This document shows positions 61,566 to 64,000 of a stretch of 64,000 nucleotides of DNA, piece by piece. The notes under the pieces are model-generated. The model saw only the letters and a program-made list of their open reading frames with translations. It had not been told where the DNA came from and searched no databases. The position numbers and the translations under genes were made by a program. Numbering within the stretch: the stretch's first letter is position 1; every line of letters starts with the position of its first letter. This DNA comes from Dictyostelium discoideum (taxonomy: Eukaryota), in the NCBI GenBank assembly GCA_000004695.1, contig CM000151.3:5184001-5248000 (forward strand), read 5' to 3'.

Positions 61566-62054
61566 GGCATTTTGAAAAGAGGATGATATCATAAATAAAA
61601 AATTAGAATCCAAAAAACTAAAAATAAATTAAAAAAACTAAAAATAAAATTATAAGGTTTAATAAAATATATATATTATTTTTTTTTTTTTTTCTTTAAT
61701 TTTTTTTTTTTTTTAAGTAGGGTATTTTATATCTTTTTTTTTGCAAAAGAAAAAAAAAAAAAAATTGATTTTTTAATAACGTCATCAAGGCGTAATTTCA
61801 CAATTTTTTTTTATTTTGAAAATCAAAGAGAATTAAAATACCTTTTAAAAAAAAATTCTTTTTTACAAAAAATCAAGATATTTTGTAAAACTGTTTTTTT
61901 TTTTATTTTTTTTTTTTTTTTGTTAAAAAAAAGTGAAAAATTCTGAAAGTCTCTTCATCACTAAACTTATCATTGATTACTTTGACAAACAAGCAAATGT
62001 TATAAGTAATAAATAAATAAAAACTTATATATATAAATAAAATTAATAATAAAA

Positions 62055-62313
62055 ATGTTAGATTGGGGTTTGTAATCTTTTTTTTTATTTTTTTATTTTT
62101 TTATTTTTTTTTTTTAAGTCTGTTTATTAATATAAGTTTCAAAAAAAAAAATGAATAAAGTAATTAATTTTGTTTTTTTTTTTATTATTATTATTATTTC
62201 TTAAGATTCTATTCTAGCCTATAACACAATCAAAGTGGTTCGAATAAGAGATAGGCGTCTTGGGTAACTTTTAAATTTTAAAAAAAGTATTAATTTTTAT
62301 AAATTAAAATCTA

Positions 62314-62359
<46 letters not shown>

Positions 62360-62532
62360 CCTTCATTTAATTTTTATGATTGCAATTATTTCATATGTTG
62401 TAATATATTCAGCAATTATTAAAAAAGGATATCTTTCAATAGAAGAACCTGTTGGTTCTATTAGGACCTCATTATGGAGTGTATGGTATCATTTATTAAA
62501 ATAATTTCAATAATTATAAAATGATGTTAATA

Positions 62533-62567
<35 letters not shown>

Positions 62568-63567
62568 AAAAGCCAAATCAATTTAATGGTAATGAATCAT
62601 ATTGTAAAAATAATGCAAAACCATATCCATATGAAAAATTAGATTGTGTTTATTATGATGACGCTTTAGCTCTCTATCCTATTGGTGATGATGTTGGCTT
62701 TACGGCGTCCACTAGGATTGAAATTTCAGATCAAAAGGCAAACTGTAGTTTAATGAATCCATCTTGTAAATTTAAAACCTTTAACTATAGTAATGTTTAT
62801 TTAGCAGATATTGAAAGTTTTACAGTTTTAATTGATCATACAATGTATGCACCATCTTCTCAAATTCAATTTAATGGTGGTGATTTAAGTGGATATGTTT
62901 TAGATCAAAATGGTAATGAAATTCAATTAAATGAATCTGTAAATGTAATTGGTGTTGAAGGTAAACCTGATGTACTTGAAATTAGTAAACTTTTAGAATT
63001 TGCTGGTGTTAATTTAGATGATCCATGTAAGTTTTTTTTTTTTTTTTTTTTTTTTTCTCAAAAATTATTAAATTTAAAAAAATAATTAATAATAATAATT
63101 ATATTATAGCATTGACAAATTCAAGTAATCCAATTAGATATGATGGATGTGTTTTATTTGTATTTATTGAATATTCAAATACATTTTCATATGATTTGAA
63201 TAAAATTAAATATGTTTATTCAATTAAATTAGTTGATGATACAATTTATAATATACCAGAAGTAGTAATATTAGATGATGTAAATTCAAGATTATATTAT
63301 AAACGTCATGCAATTAGATTAATTTTCATTCAAACTGGTGTAATTGGTTCATTCAATTTTCAATCATTACTTTTAACATTAGTTAGTGGTCTTGGTTTAT
63401 TAACTGTATCAACTTTAATTGTTGATCAATTGGCAATTAGATTTTTACCACAAAGAAAATCTTATAGTTCACTTAAATTCCAAACAACTGAAAGTTTTAA
63501 AATGAAAAAAAAAATTGTAAATGATGATGGTGAAGATAAACTTTATCATAACATTGAAGCTCTATAA
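62055..63567 (+). CDS. P2X receptor paralog in tandem, 5 exons (62055..62067, 62206..62263, 62357..62480, 62573..63026, 63110..63567).
   Basis: MLDW|DSILAYNTIKVVRIRDRRLG|GILHLIFMIAIISYVVIYSAIIKKGYLSIEEPVGSIRTSLWS|PNQFNGNESYCKNNAKPYPYEKLDCVYYDD..DDPC|SLTNSSNPIRYDGC..GVIGSFNFQSLLLTLVSGLGLLTVSTLIVDQLAIRF.. It is about 80% identical to the upstream copy. There are two extra introns: one after codon 4 (donor g|GTTTGT 62068, acceptor tttcttaag 62204-62205) and one at SLWS|PNQ (donor GTATGG 62481, acceptor attaaaaag 62571-62572). Confidence 0.8.
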
Positions 63568-63684
63568 ATAATAATATTAATAATAATACTTTTAATTTTA
63601 ACTTTTTTCCAAATAATTCTTGTGTTTTATAAATTTTTAATATTTAAATAAACTATTTTTTTATGTAATTCTAAAATAGTTAAA

Positions 63685-63733
<49 letters not shown>

Positions 63734-63916
63734 TCACACCAGATTCTAAATAGTTTAATTTTTTTTTTTTTTTTTTTTTTTGGATGGTAATGGTCATTCT
63801 TTCACCTTGTCATTTTGTTTTTTCCTCTCAAATATCAAATTTTGGATTTTATAAATATATTTTTTATTATAAAATATGTGCAGGGTAATATCTTTTTTTT
63901 TTTTGTTTTTGTTTTT

Positions 63917-63956
<40 letters not shown>

Positions 63957-64000
63957 CTAAATTCGTCAAACATAATATGGATGGGGATACTATAATTTTT

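Noticed and set aside
62151-62205. ATGAATAAAGTAATT.. as the start of the downstream P2X gene.
   Set aside because: It is in frame with a TAA immediately before exon 2 and cannot be phase-matched to it. The ATGTTAGATTGGG exon at 62055 restores the conserved M..DWDSIL N-terminus, so this ATG lies inside intron 1.

Overview
The window is AT-rich (~75-80% A+T) eukaryotic nuclear DNA with the hallmarks of Dictyostelium discoideum: long poly-Asn/Gln/Ser coding microsatellites, short (80-170 nt) AT-rich GT..AG introns, and homopolymer-rich intergenic DNA. It is a gene-dense chromosomal region, not a prokaryotic or mobile-element locus. I recognise about 21 protein-coding genes, most of them intron-containing and spliced here by hand, plus one tRNA-Asp(GUC) with a downstream external B box. 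The genes are: a MYST (Esa1/Tip60-like) histone acetyltransferase (partial), a TPR-like hypothetical, a Ser/Asn-rich hypothetical, an O-methyltransferase, a tandem-MATH-domain protein, a FNIP-repeat protein, a cytochrome P450 (7 exons), an orphan 186-aa protein, histone acetyltransferase HAT1, a secreted protein with three MRH-like (mannose-6-phosphate-receptor-homology) domains and a large Ser-rich tail, a class I PI3-kinase, a double-LIM protein, a ~2100-aa C2/GRAM protein, Rcd1/CNOT9, the 12-TM guanylyl cyclase GCA, a secreted lipase-like alpha/beta hydrolase, an NmrA-like protein, two small hssA/2C/7E-family genes (one interrupted by an in-frame TGA) and two tandem P2X receptor paralogs. 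No retrotransposon, CRISPR array or rRNA was found. The most interesting signals are several hand-resolved exon structures that a single-ORF reading would get wrong, a strongly over-represented GGGGGTG / CACACCC motif (G-box / CA-rich-element-like) in the intergenic DNA, a tandemly duplicated 78-bp promoter block, and differential intron gain between the P2X paralogs. Coordinates of splice junctions were derived by eye and may be off by 1-2 nt.
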